A stretch of DNA of 64,000 nucleotides from assembly GCA_027923505.1 (NCBI GenBank), contig BROI01000027.1:1-64000 (forward strand). Direction: 5' to 3'. The notes beneath the pieces were generated by a model. The model worked only from the letters and a program-made list of their open reading frames with translations, was not told the origin of the DNA and searched no databases. How positions within the stretch are numbered: position 1 is the first letter of the stretch; the number at the start of each line of letters is the position of its first letter. Origin of the DNA: Mayamaea pseudoterrestris (Eukaryota). A program made the translations under genes and the position numbers. This document shows positions 1-12,071 of the stretch, piece by piece.

Positions 1-3000
1 TTACAGCAGGCCATGTATACACCCAAATGACACCAGAATGGTGCCAACATCATTATTCAGGCTGAGCAACAAGATGGTATGCCTGGCTAGTGTCTCAGGG
101 GACAGCAATGATATTGGTGACAACTTGTCACCAGTCTCAGCCTGCAGATGCCGTGACATTCAAACGCCCCTACAGCAGGCCCTGTAGGTGCCCAAAATAC
201 ACCAGAATATTGCCAACATCATTATTCAGGCTGCGCTACAAGATGGTATGCCTGGCTAGTGTCTCAGGGGACGGTAATGATATTGGTGACAACTTGTCAC
301 CAGTCTCAGCCTGCAGATGCCGTGACATTCAAATGCCCCTACAGCAGGCCATGTATACACCCAAATGACACCAGAATGGTGCCAACATCATTATTCAGGC
401 TGCGCTACAAGATGGTATGCCTGGCTAGTGTCTCAGGGGACGGCAATGATATTGGTGACAACTTGTCACCAGTCTCAGCCTGCAGATGCTGTGACATTCA
501 AACGCCCCTACGGCAGGCCATGAATATACCCAAATGACACCAGATTGGTGCCAACATCATTATTCAGGCTGCGCTACAAGATGGTATGCCTGGCTAGTGT
601 CTCAGGGGACGGCAATGATATTGGTGACAACTTGTCACCAGTCTCAGCCTTCAGATGCCGTGACATTCAAACGCCTTTGCAGCAGGCCATGAATATACCC
701 AAATGACACCAGAATGGTGCCAACATCATTATTCAGGCTGCGCTACAAGCTGGTATGCGTGGCTAGTGTCTAAGGGGACGGCAATGATATTGGTGACAAC
801 TTGTCACCAGTCTCAGCCTGCAGATGCCGTGACATTCAAACGCCCCTACAGCAGGCCATGTATACACCCAAATGACACCAGAATGGTGCCAACATCATTA
901 TTCAGGCTGCGCTACAAGATGGTATGCCTGGCTAGTGTCTCAGGGGACGGCAATGATATTGGTGACAACTTGTCACCAGTCTCAGCCTGCAGATGCCGTG
1001 GCATTCAAACGCCCCTACAGCAGGCCATGTGTATACCCAAATGTCACCAGAAAATTGCCAACATCATTATTCAAGCTGCGCTACAAGATGGTATGCCTGG
1101 CTAGTGTCTCAGGGGACAGCATTGCGATTGGTGACAACTTGTCACCAGTCTCAGCCCGCAGATGCCGTGACATTCAAACGCCCCTACAGCAAGCCCTGTA
1201 GGTGCCCAAAATACACCAGAATGGTGCCAACATCATTATTCAGGCTGCGCTACAAGATGGTATGCCTGGCTAGTGTCTCAGGGGACGGCAATGATATTGG
1301 TGACAACTTGTCACCAGTCTCAGCCTGCAGATGCCGTGACATTCAAACGCCCCTACAGCAGGCCATGTATATACCCAAATGCCACCAGAATATTGCCAAT
1401 ATCATTATTCAAGCTGCCCTACAAGATGGTATGCCTGGCTAGTGTTTCAGGGGACAGCAATGATATTGGTGACAACTTGTCACCAGTCTCAGCCCGCAGA
1501 TGCCGTGACATTCAAACGCCCCTACAGCAAGCTCTGTAGGTGCCCAAAATACACCAGAATGGTGCCAACATCATTATTCAGGCTGCGCTACAAGATGGTA
1601 TGCCTGGCTAGTGTCTCAGGGGACGGTAATGATATTGGTGACAACTTGTCACCAGTCTCAGCCTGCAGATGCCGTGACATTCAAACGCCCCTACAGCAGG
1701 CCATGTATACACCCAAATGACACCAGAATGGTGCCAACATCATTATTCAGGTTGCGCTACAAGATGGTATGCCTGGCTAGTGTCTCAGGGGATGGCAATG
1801 ATATTGGTGACAACTTGTCACCAGTCTCAGCCCGCAGATGCCGTGACATTCAAACGCCCCTACAGCAGGCCATGTATACACCCAAATGACACCAGAATGG
1901 TGCCAACATCATTATTCAGGCTGCGCAACAAGATGGTATGCCTGGCTAGTGTCTCAGGGGACGGCAATGATATTGGTGACAACTTGTCACCAGTCTCAGC
2001 CTGCAGATGCCGTGACATTCAAACGCCCTTACAGCAGGCCATGTATACACCCAAATGACACCAGAATGGTGCCAACATCATTATTCAGGCTGCGCAACAA
2101 GATGGTATGCCTGGCTAGTGTCTCAGGGGACGGCAATGATATTGGTGACAACTTGTCACCAGTCTCAGCCTGCAGATGCCGTGACATTCAAACGCCCCTA
2201 CAGCAGGCCCTGTAGGTGCCCAAAATACACCAGAATGGTGCCAACATCATTATTCAGGCTGCGCTACAAGATGGTATGCCTGGCTAGTGTCTCAGGGGAC
2301 GGTAATGATATTGGTGACAACTTGTCACCAGTCTCAGCCTGCAGATGCCGTGACATTCAAACGCCCCTACAGCAGGCCATGTATACACCCAAATGACACC
2401 AGAATGGTGCCAACATCATTATTCAGGCTGCGCTACAAGTGGGTATGCCTGGCTAGTGTCTCAGGGGACGGCAATGATATTGGTGACAACTTGTCACCAG
2501 TCTCAGCCTGCAGATGCCGTGACATTCAAACGCCCCTACAGCAGGCCATGTATACACCCAAATGACACCAGAATGGTGCCAACATCATTATTCAGGCTGC
2601 GCAACAAGATGGTATGCCTGGCTAGTGTCTCAGGGGACGGCAATGATATTGGTGACAACTTGTCACCAGTCTCAGCCTGCAGATGCCGTGACATTCAAAC
2701 GCCCCTACAGCAGGCCCTGTAGGTGCACCCAAATTACACCAGAATGGTGCCAACATCATTATTCAGGCTGCGCTACAAGATGGTATGCCTGGCTAGTGTC
2801 TCAGGGGACGGCAATGATATTGGTGACAACTTGTCACCAGTCTCAGCCTGCAGATGCCGTGACATTCAAACGCCCCTACAGCAGGCCATGTATACACCCA
2901 AATGACACCAGAATGGTGCCAACATCAATATTCAGGCTGCGCTACAAGCTGGTATGCCTGGCTAGTGTCTCAGGGGACGGCAATGATATTGGTGACAACT

Positions 3001-6000
3001 TGTCACCAGTCTCAGCCTGCAGATGCCGTGACATTCAAACGCCCCTACAGCAGGCCATGTATACACCCAAATGACACCAGAATGGTGCCAACATCATTAT
3101 TCAGGCTGCGCTACAAGATGGTATGCCTGGCTAGTGTCTCAGGGGACGGCAATGATATTGGTGACAACTTGTCACCAGTCTCAGCCTGCAGATGCCGTGA
3201 CATTCAAACGCCCCTACAGCAGGCCCTGTAGGTACCCAAAATACACCAGAATGGTGCCAACATCATTATTCAGGCTGCGCTACAAGATGGTATGCCTGGC
3301 TAGTGTCTCAGGGGACGGCAATGATATTGGTGACAACTTGTCACCAGTCTCAGCCTGCAGATGCCGTGACATTCAAACGCCCCTACAGCAGGCCATGTAG
3401 GTGCCCAAAATACACCAGAATGGTGCCAACATCATTATTCAGGCTGCGCTACAAGATGGTATGCCTGGCTAGTGTCTCAGGGGACGGCAATGATATTGGT
3501 GACAACTTGTCACCAGTCTCAGCCTGCAGATGCCGTGACATTCAATCGCCCCTACAGCAGGCCATGTATACACCCAAATGACACCAGAATGGTGCCAACA
3601 TCATTATTCAGGCTGCGCTACAAGATGGTATGCCTGGCTAGTGTCTCAGGGGACGGCAATGATATTGGTGACAACTTGTCACCAGTCTCAGCCCGCAGAT
3701 GCCGTGACATTCAAACGCCCCTACAGCAGGCCATGTATACACCCAAATGACACCAGAATGGTGCCAACATCATTATTCAGGCTGCGCAACAAGATGGTAT
3801 GCCTGGCTAGTGTCTCAGGGGACGGCAATGATATTGGTGACAACTTGTCACCAGTCTCAGCCTGCAGATGCCGTGACATTCAAACGCCCCTACAGCAGGC
3901 CATGTAGATACCCAAATGACACCAGAATGGTGCCAACATCATTATTCAGGCTGCGCAACAAGATGGTATGCCTGGCTAGTGTCTCAGGGGACGGCAATGA
4001 TATTGGTGACAACTTGTCACCAGTCTCAGCCCGCAGATGCCGTGACATTCAAACGCCCCTACAGCAGGCCCTGTAGGTGCCCAAATGACACCAGAATTGT
4101 GCCAACATCATTATTCAGGCTGCGCTACAAGCTGGTATACGTGGCTAGTGTCTAAGGGGACGGCAATGATATTGGTGACAACTTGTCACCAGTCTCAGCC
4201 TGCAGATGCCGTGACATTCAAACGCCCCTACAGCAGGCCATGTATACACCCAAATGACACCAGAATGGTGCCAACATCATTATTCAGGCTGCGCTACAAG
4301 ATGGTATGCCTGGCTAGTGTCTCAGGGGACGGCAATGATATTGGTGACAACTTGTCACCAGTCTCAGCCTGCAGATGCCGTGGCATTCAAACGCCCCTAC
4401 AGCAGGCCATGTGTATACCCAAATGTCACCAGAAAATTGCCAACATCATTATTCAAGCTGCGCTACAAGATGGTATGCCTGGCTAGTGTCTCAGGGGACA
4501 GCATTGCGATTGGTGACAACTTGTCACCAGTCTCAGCCCGCAGATGCCGTGACATTCAAACGCCCCTACAGCAAGCCCTGTAGGTGCCCAAAATACACCA
4601 GAATGGTGCCAACATCATTATTCAGGCTGCGCTACAAGATGGTATGCCTGGCTAGTGTCTCAGGGGACGGCAATGATATTGGTGACAACTTGTCACCAGT
4701 CTCAGCCTGCAGATGCCGTGACATTCAAACGCCCCTACAGCAGGCCATGTATATACCCAAATGCCACCAGAATATTGCCAATATCATTATTCAAGCTGCC
4801 CTACAAGATGGTATGCCTGGCTAGTGTTTCAGGGGACAGCAATGATATTGGTGACAACTTGTCACCAGTCTCAGCCCGCAGATGCCGTGACATTCAAACG
4901 CCCCTACAGCAAGCTCTGTAGGTGCCCAAAATACACCAGAATGGTGCCAACATCATTATTCAGGCTGCGCTACAAGATGGTATGCCTGGCTAGTGTCTCA
5001 GGGGACGGTAATGATATTGGTGACAACTTGTCACCAGTCTCAGCCTGCAGATGCCGTGACATTCAAACGCCCCTACAGCAGGCCATGTATACACCCAAAT
5101 GACACCAGAATGGTGCCAACATCATTATTCAGGTTGCGCTACAAGATGGTATGCCTGGCTAGTGTCTCAGGGGATGGCAATGATATTGGTGACAACTTGT
5201 CACCAGTCTCAGCCCGCAGATGCCGTGACATTCAAACGCCCCTACAGCAGGCCATGTATACACCCAAATGACACCAGAATGGTGCCAACATCATTATTCA
5301 GGCTGCGCAACAAGATGGTATGCCTGGCTAGTGTCTCAGGGGACGGCAATGATATTGGTGACAACTTGTCACCAGTCTCAGCCTGCAGATGCCGTGACAT
5401 TCAAACGCCCTTACAGCAGGCCATGTATACACCCAAATGACACCAGAATGGTGCCAACATCATTATTCAGGCTGCGCAACAAGATGGTATGCCTGGCTAG
5501 TGTCTCAGGGGACGGCAATGATATTGGTGACAACTTGTCACCAGTCTCAGCCTGCAGATGCCGTGACATTCAAACGCCCCTACAGCAGGCCCTGTAGGTG
5601 CCCAAAATACACCAGAATGGTGCCAACATCATTATTCAGGCTGCGCTACAAGATGGTATGCCTGGCTAGTGTCTCAGGGGACGGTAATGATATTGGTGAC
5701 AACTTGTCACCAGTCTCAGCCTGCAGATGCCGTGACATTCAAACGCCCCTACAGCAGGCCATGTATACACCCAAATGACACCAGAATGGTGCCAACATCA
5801 TTATTCAGGCTGCGCTACAAGTGGGTATGCCTGGCTAGTGTCTCAGGGGACGGCAATGATATTGGTGACAACTTGTCACCAGTCTCAGCCTGCAGATGCC
5901 GTGACATTCAAACGCCCCTACAGCAGGCCATGTATACACCCAAATGACACCAGAATGGTGCCAACATCATTATTCAGGCTGCGCAACAAGATGGTATGCC

Positions 6001-9000
6001 TGGCTAGTGTCTCAGGGGACGGCAATGATATTGGTGACAACTTGTCACCAGTCTCAGCCTGCAGATGCCGTGACATTCAAACGCCCCTACAGCAGGCCCT
6101 GTAGGTGCACCCAAATTACACCAGAATGGTGCCAACATCATTATTCAGGCTGCGCTACAAGATGGTATGCCTGGCTAGTGTCTCAGGGGACGGCAATGAT
6201 ATTGGTGACAACTTGTCACCAGTCTCAGCCTGCAGATGCCGTGACATTCAAACGCCCCTACAGCAGGCCATGTATACACCCAAATGACACCAGAATGGTG
6301 CCAACATCAATATTCAGGCTGCGCTACAAGCTGGTATGCCTGGCTAGTGTCTCAGGGGACGGCAATGATATTGGTGACAACTTGTCACCAGTCTCAGCCT
6401 GCAGATGCCGTGACATTCAAACGCCCCTACAGCAGGCCATGTATACACCCAAATGACACCAGAATGGTGCCAACATCATTATTCAGGCTGCGCTACAAGA
6501 TGGTATGCCTGGCTAGTGTCTCAGGGGACGGCAATGATATTGGTGACAACTTGTCACCAGTCTCAGCCTGCAGATGCCGTGACATTCAAACGCCCCTACA
6601 GCAGGCCCTGTAGGTACCCAAAATACACCAGAATGGTGCCAACATCATTATTCAGGCTGCGCTACAAGATGGTATGCCTGGCTAGTGTCTCAGGGGACGG
6701 CAATGATATTGGTGACAACTTGTCACCAGTCTCAGCCTGCAGATGCCGTGACATTCAAACGCCCCTACAGCAGGCCATGTAGGTGCCCAAAATACACCAG
6801 AATGGTGCCAACATCATTATTCAGGCTGCGCTACAAGATGGTATGCCTGGCTAGTGTCTCAGGGGACGGCAATGATATTGGTGACAACTTGTCACCAGTC
6901 TCAGCCTGCAGATGCCGTGACATTCAATCGCCCCTACAGCAGGCCATGTATACACCCAAATGACACCAGAATGGTGCCAACATCATTATTCAGGCTGCGC
7001 TACAAGATGGTATGCCTGGCTAGTGTCTCAGGGGACGGCAATGATATTGGTGACAACTTGTCACCAGTCTCAGCCCGCAGATGCCGTGACATTCAAACGC
7101 CCCTACAGCAGGCCATGTATACACCCAAATGACACCAGAATGGTGCCAACATCATTATTCAGGCTGCGCAACAAGATGGTATGCCTGGCTAGTGTCTCAG
7201 GGGACGGCAATGATATTGGTGACAACTTGTCACCAGTCTCAGCCTGCAGATGCCGTGACATTCAAACGCCCCTACAGCAGGCCATGTAGATACCCAAATG
7301 ACACCAGAATGGTGCCAACATCATTATTCAGGCTGCGCAACAAGATGGTATGCCTGGCTAGTGTCTCAGGGGACGGCAATGATATTGGTGACAACTTGTC
7401 ACCAGTCTCAGCCCGCAGATGCCGTGACATTCAAACGCCCCTACAGCAGGCCCTGTAGGTGCCCAAATGACACCAGAATGGTGCCAACATCATTATTCAG
7501 GCTGCGCTACAAGATGGTATGCCTGGCTAGTGTCTCAGGGGATGGCAATGATATTGGTGACAACTTGTCACCAGTCTCAGCCTGCAGATGCCGTGACATT
7601 TAAACGCCCCTACAGCAGGCCATGTATACACCCAAATGACACCAGAATATTGCCAACATCATTATTCAGGCTGCGCAACAAGATGGTATGCCTGGCTAGT
7701 GTCTCAGGGGACGGCAATGATATTGGTGACAACTTGTCACCAGTCTCAGCCTGCAGATGCCGTGACATTCAAACGCCCCTACAGCAGGCCCTGTAGGTGC
7801 CCAAAATACACCAGAATGGTGCCAACATCATTATTCAGGCTGCGCTACAAGATGGTATGCCTGGCTAGTGTCTCAGGGGACAGCAATGACATTGGTGACA
7901 ACTTGTCACCAGTCTCAGCCTTCAGATGCCGTGACATTCAAACGCCTTTACAGCAGGCCATGAATATACCCAAATGACACCAGAATGGTGCCAACATCAT
8001 TATTCAGGCTGCGCTACAAGCTGGTATGCCTGGCTAGTGTCTCAGGGGACGGCAATGATATTGGTGACAACTTGTCACCAGTCTCAGCCTGCAGATGCCA
8101 TGACATTCAAACGCCCCTACAGCAGGCCATGTATACACCCAAATGTCACCAGAATATTGCCAACATCATTATTCAGGCTGCGCAACAAGATGGTATGCCT
8201 GGCTAGTGTCTCAGGGGACGGCAATGATATTGGTGACAACTTGTCACCAGTCTCAGCCCGCAGATGCCGTGACATTCAAACGCCCCTACAGCAGGCCCTG
8301 TAGGTGCCCAAAATACACCAGAATATTGCCAACATCATTATTCAGGCTGCGCTACAAGATGGTATGCCTGGCTAGTGTCTCAGGGGACGGCAATGATATT
8401 GGTGACAACTTGTCACCAGTCTCAGCCTTCAGATGCCGTGACATTCAAACGCCTTTACAGCAGGCCATGAATATACCCAAATGACACCAGAATGGTGCCA
8501 ACATCATTATTCAGGCTGCGCTACAAGCTGGTATGCGTGGCTAGTGTCTAAGGGGACGGCAATGATATTGGTGACAACTTGTCACCAGTCTCAGCCTGCA
8601 GATGCCATGACATTCAAACGCCCCTACAGCAGGCCATGTATACACCCAAATGACACCAGAATGGTGCCAACATCATTATCCAGGCTGCGCAACAAGATGG
8701 TATACCTGGCTAGTGTCTCAGGGGATGGCAATGATATTGGTGACAACTTGTCACCAGTCTCAGCCCGCAGATGCCGTGACATTCAAACGCCCCTACAGCA
8801 GGCCATGTGTATACCCAAATGTCACCAGAAAATTGCCAACATCATTATTCAAGCTGCGCTACAAGATGGTATGCCTGGCTAGTGTCTCAGGGGACAGCAA
8901 TGATATTGGTGACAACTTGTCACCAGTCTCAGCCCGCAGATGCCGTGACATTCAAACGCCCCTACAGTAAGCCCTGTAGGTGCCCAAAATACACCAGAAT

Positions 9001-9223
9001 GGTGCCAACATCATTATTCAGGCTGCGCTACAAGATGGTATACCTGGCTAGTGTCTCAGGGGATGGCAATGATATTGGTGACAACTTGTCACCAGTCTCA
9101 GCCTGCAGATGCCGTGACATTCAAACGCCCCTACAGCAGGCCATGTATACACCCAGATGACACCAGAATGGTGCCAACATCATTATTCAGGCTGCGCTAC
9201 AAGATGATATGCCTGGCTAGTGT
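1..9223. repeat. 169-bp tandem satellite array, left block (~54 monomers, runs off window start)
   Basis: Head-to-tail monomer ATGACACCAGAATGGTGCCAAC...TGGTGACAACTTGTCACCA...GTATACACCCAA. ORF-track starts recur every 169 nt (90/259, 703/872). Monomers differ by only a few substitutions. Confidence 0.99.
760..7479. repeat. Higher-order repeat: two tandem copies of a 3382-bp unit (20 monomers + 2 nt)
   Basis: Diagnostic variants and ORF-track entries recur at +3382 (872/4254, 993/4375, 2723/6105, 3747/7129). This includes the rare 2-nt insertion GTAGGTGCACCC at ~2725 and ~6107. Confidence 0.93.
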
Positions 9224-9608
9224 TCCGGCTCAGGGCGGATGCTTCGAGGAGACTGCCTTGGGGACACTCATAAGATACCTTATGAGATACACTCTGAGTG
9301 ATACACATCATCGATGGTTCGGGACACGTCACATGCGACATCAATGGAGGACCGACAACCACAGACCAAGTTGCCGATCCCCATCCGATGCCTCTCATTC
9401 CTCTTGCTTGCTTGCTTGCCAACCCTGTTGTCTAGCCAGCTTGTTTGTTTGTTTGTTCTTGCCTTTGTTGCTCGAACCGCGTTTTCTCAGCTTTCATTCC
9501 CTCACACTTGTCCGTTTTCCAGGAGCTCTCAAAGAGTTTGGAGGCGCCTCGCCTGCTTTCCGTTTGCCGATCCAAACCTCAGCCTCGACTACTTGGTTGG
9601 GAGAGGAG

Positions 9609-10500
9609 ATGCCCAAGCAGGAGGAGCGCGCGGAAGCCATGGCGTTTCAGATTGACGGTTGGACGGAAGGCCAGGAGGTCCTCACGAAGGAGGAAGTTTT
9701 CGCTTTGAACAAGAGGATGATCCTAGCTCGCAACCAACCCAACGACAAGCAGCTCTGGCTCGGCACACCCGATCGCCTCACGAAAGTGATGGATATTGGC
9801 GGCGCTGTCGGTGTTCCAGAGCCAGTATCTCGGGACCCAGCCTGAGCAAGAAGACCAGTTGGCGGCGCCAGAGCAGATGGTCATCATCTGCTTGGCTCGA
9901 CCTTCAGGCACCAAGGATGGAAGTAAGTTCCTCCTCCATGACAACAGCAACCAGCCCAATATCGGGGATACGCAGCAGCAGCCGGATAATCGCTACATGC
10001 CAAGTGGCTTCGCCATAGTCAACTTGTCATCACCTTGGCCGCCGGTGTCCAGGCCAGAGGACAGCGACACATGGAGGACTGGTACAATGCCATTCGAGCG
10101 GACCACATCCTTTTCCCCAGAGGCGATGAGTTACTGCAGCCAGTCGTGTTGGTTTTTCATTCCGGGCGACACCGCCAGGACACGCCAGACCATCATAGGG
10201 CCAGGGGAACTTCACGCAAGCATGCAGGGAACCATGCAGTACAAGAGAGAAGGCCCTTCGCATACGCCCGGATAGCACAGATCTATCCCTGACACGGGCT
10301 AGCGCCAATGGGCCGTTGTTTCTTCCTCCCGAAAAACCATGGAATGCCACTCGCCGCTTCGATCCAGGCAATTGCGCTCCTTGGATTGCATTGAGTACAG
10401 GACTACCGGAAGAAGTATACAACTGGATGCTGGAGAACCCTCTTTTGGACATGTGGCTACAGGGCTGTCGCATCAGCCCAGAAGTGGACACCGTCTTCTA
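9609..10500 (+). pseudogene. Frameshifted upstream ORF(s) of the DIRS-like element (possible ORF1/gag-like)
   Basis: ATG at 9609 (MPKQEERAEA...), with coding-like segments continuing across frames (9796-10275, 10035-10292, 10316-10501). No motif recognised. Confidence 0.35.
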
Positions 10501-12000
10501 GGCCATGATGAACTACAGAACCCGAGAGTGTACTACGGCACAGTCATCCCCCGCATGTTAAAACTCATTTGGAACTTGCGCCTGGATCACCCTCACGAGG
10601 AGATATATATCGCAGCCGATGACATTTCCTCGGCTTTCCGCTGGTTACACTACCACCCAGACATAGCAGTGGCCTTTGGCACTGTTCTCGCCGACTGGCT
10701 CGTCATACCTGTTGGACAGATCTTTGGTGGCGTCCCTTGTCCCGGATGGTACATGAAAATGGGTGAGATGCGCAGCCTCATTGCCGCAACATTGGAAATT
10801 GGATCTGCAACTACTGACTTGTCGGAAAACATTGTCCTCTCTGCCCCACCTACCATTTCCGAGGCATCCGAGTTTGGCCAGTCAGTGCGTGACCGGTACA
10901 ACCAAGGCACCAACCGTCTGCTCGGCCCTGACTACAAGTTTGGCTTCTCCAGCTTTGTCGACGATCAAGGCGTGGCGGCAGTGGGAAACTCCATACGGGA
11001 GGCGGTCCACCGTAGTGTCATCGCGGCCAGAATTGTCTTTGGAGATGTCGACGACCAGTGGCGAAGCGCCTGCATTAACGCGGCAAAATGGCAGCCTCTC
11101 ATATCCCACAAGCTCCACTATCTGGGATTGGATTGGGACTCACGCAGAATGGAAGTTGGCTGGCCCATTTTCAAGCAGCAAAAGTTGGCGCACAGATCAA
11201 AGATAATTGGTCGCTTGCGCGTCGTCCCAGTTCCGTGCTCGTCTCCGTGAGCGACAAGGCGTCCATCCTCGGTCTCATGCGGCATGGCGGCGGTATTGCA
11301 GACTTGGCAGACTATCTATCCATTCGCTTGCAGGAGTCACTCACGGACCAGGCGCGACGAGCCGACGCCATGCTGAAGCATGCACTCCACACCAATGACC
11401 CCACGCCATTCCAACATATGGTACTCCGACGCTGGTGGCGTAAAGCACGCGTCGCCATTTCAACTGGTGCACTTGCAGATTTAAGCATCCTTCGTGGCAC
11501 CCTTGACAATCCCGCATGGGCTCACGTCTGGAAAAAACCCATTGGTTTGATGGTCGAACGAGAGCCCACCAACACTCTCAAAAGTGATGCCTCCACCAAA
11601 GGACTTGGAGCTTTCAATGTGGAACTAGAGTTCATGTGGCGCTTACACGACGGTGACCTGGCGTCGTGTGGGTTTCGCACACGGAATGTTCAGGAACGCC
11701 CCTGCCACGGCCCGCTTACCGATGACGATTACCACATAAACGTCCTGGAGTTTGCGGCCATTATCATCAATGTTATTTTAACAATTAATGTCTATCGCCA
11801 CTGTCCAATCCGCCGCCACCATCATCACATTCTGAATGTGCTAGCGGACAACACCTCCGCCCTTTCTTGGATGCGGCACGCAGCGCGCTGCAGAAAACCC
11901 CATGTGCGTCGCCTGGCGCGCTTCTTCCATGCCATTGTCACTTACAGCATCACCATTCCTCCCAGGAGAAATGTCAAATCCGGGCATCCGTTATCACGCC
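10500..12000 (+). pseudogene. DIRS-type reverse transcriptase + RNase H (frameshift near 11190; RT N-terminus apparently missing)
   Basis: ORF 10339-11250 has the RT core (FVDD at ~10954-10965). ORF 11088-12083 has RNase H (SDAS ~11583, HINVLEF ~11733, ADN ~11843). A degraded match to the usual 'IPG..N..AD.LSR' end lies at ~11955-12000. Confidence 0.8.
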
Positions 12001-12071
12001 GGAAACGCAGGCATTGGACGCAAAGCTTCCCTGAATGGTTCTTGCCAACTGCTTACAACAATCCGCATCAG

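Larger units (their letters stand above)
9224..12000 (+). mobile_element. DIRS/Ngaro-type (tyrosine-recombinase class) retrotransposon, truncated, inserted in the satellite
   Basis: The satellite stops sharply after GCCTGGCTAGTGT. RT motifs (ADDISSAFR, QIFG, FVDD, YLGLDWD) are followed by DIRS1-type RNase H motifs (SDASTKGLGA, HINVLEFAA, ADNTSALSWM). No recombinase ORF or terminal repeat is visible. Confidence 0.8.

Noticed and set aside
39..148. Possible ancient internal duplication in the monomer (TGGTGCCAAC...TCAGGCTGC vs TGGTGACAAC...TCAGCCTGC)
   Set aside because: The similarity is short and gapped; I cannot establish it without statistics.
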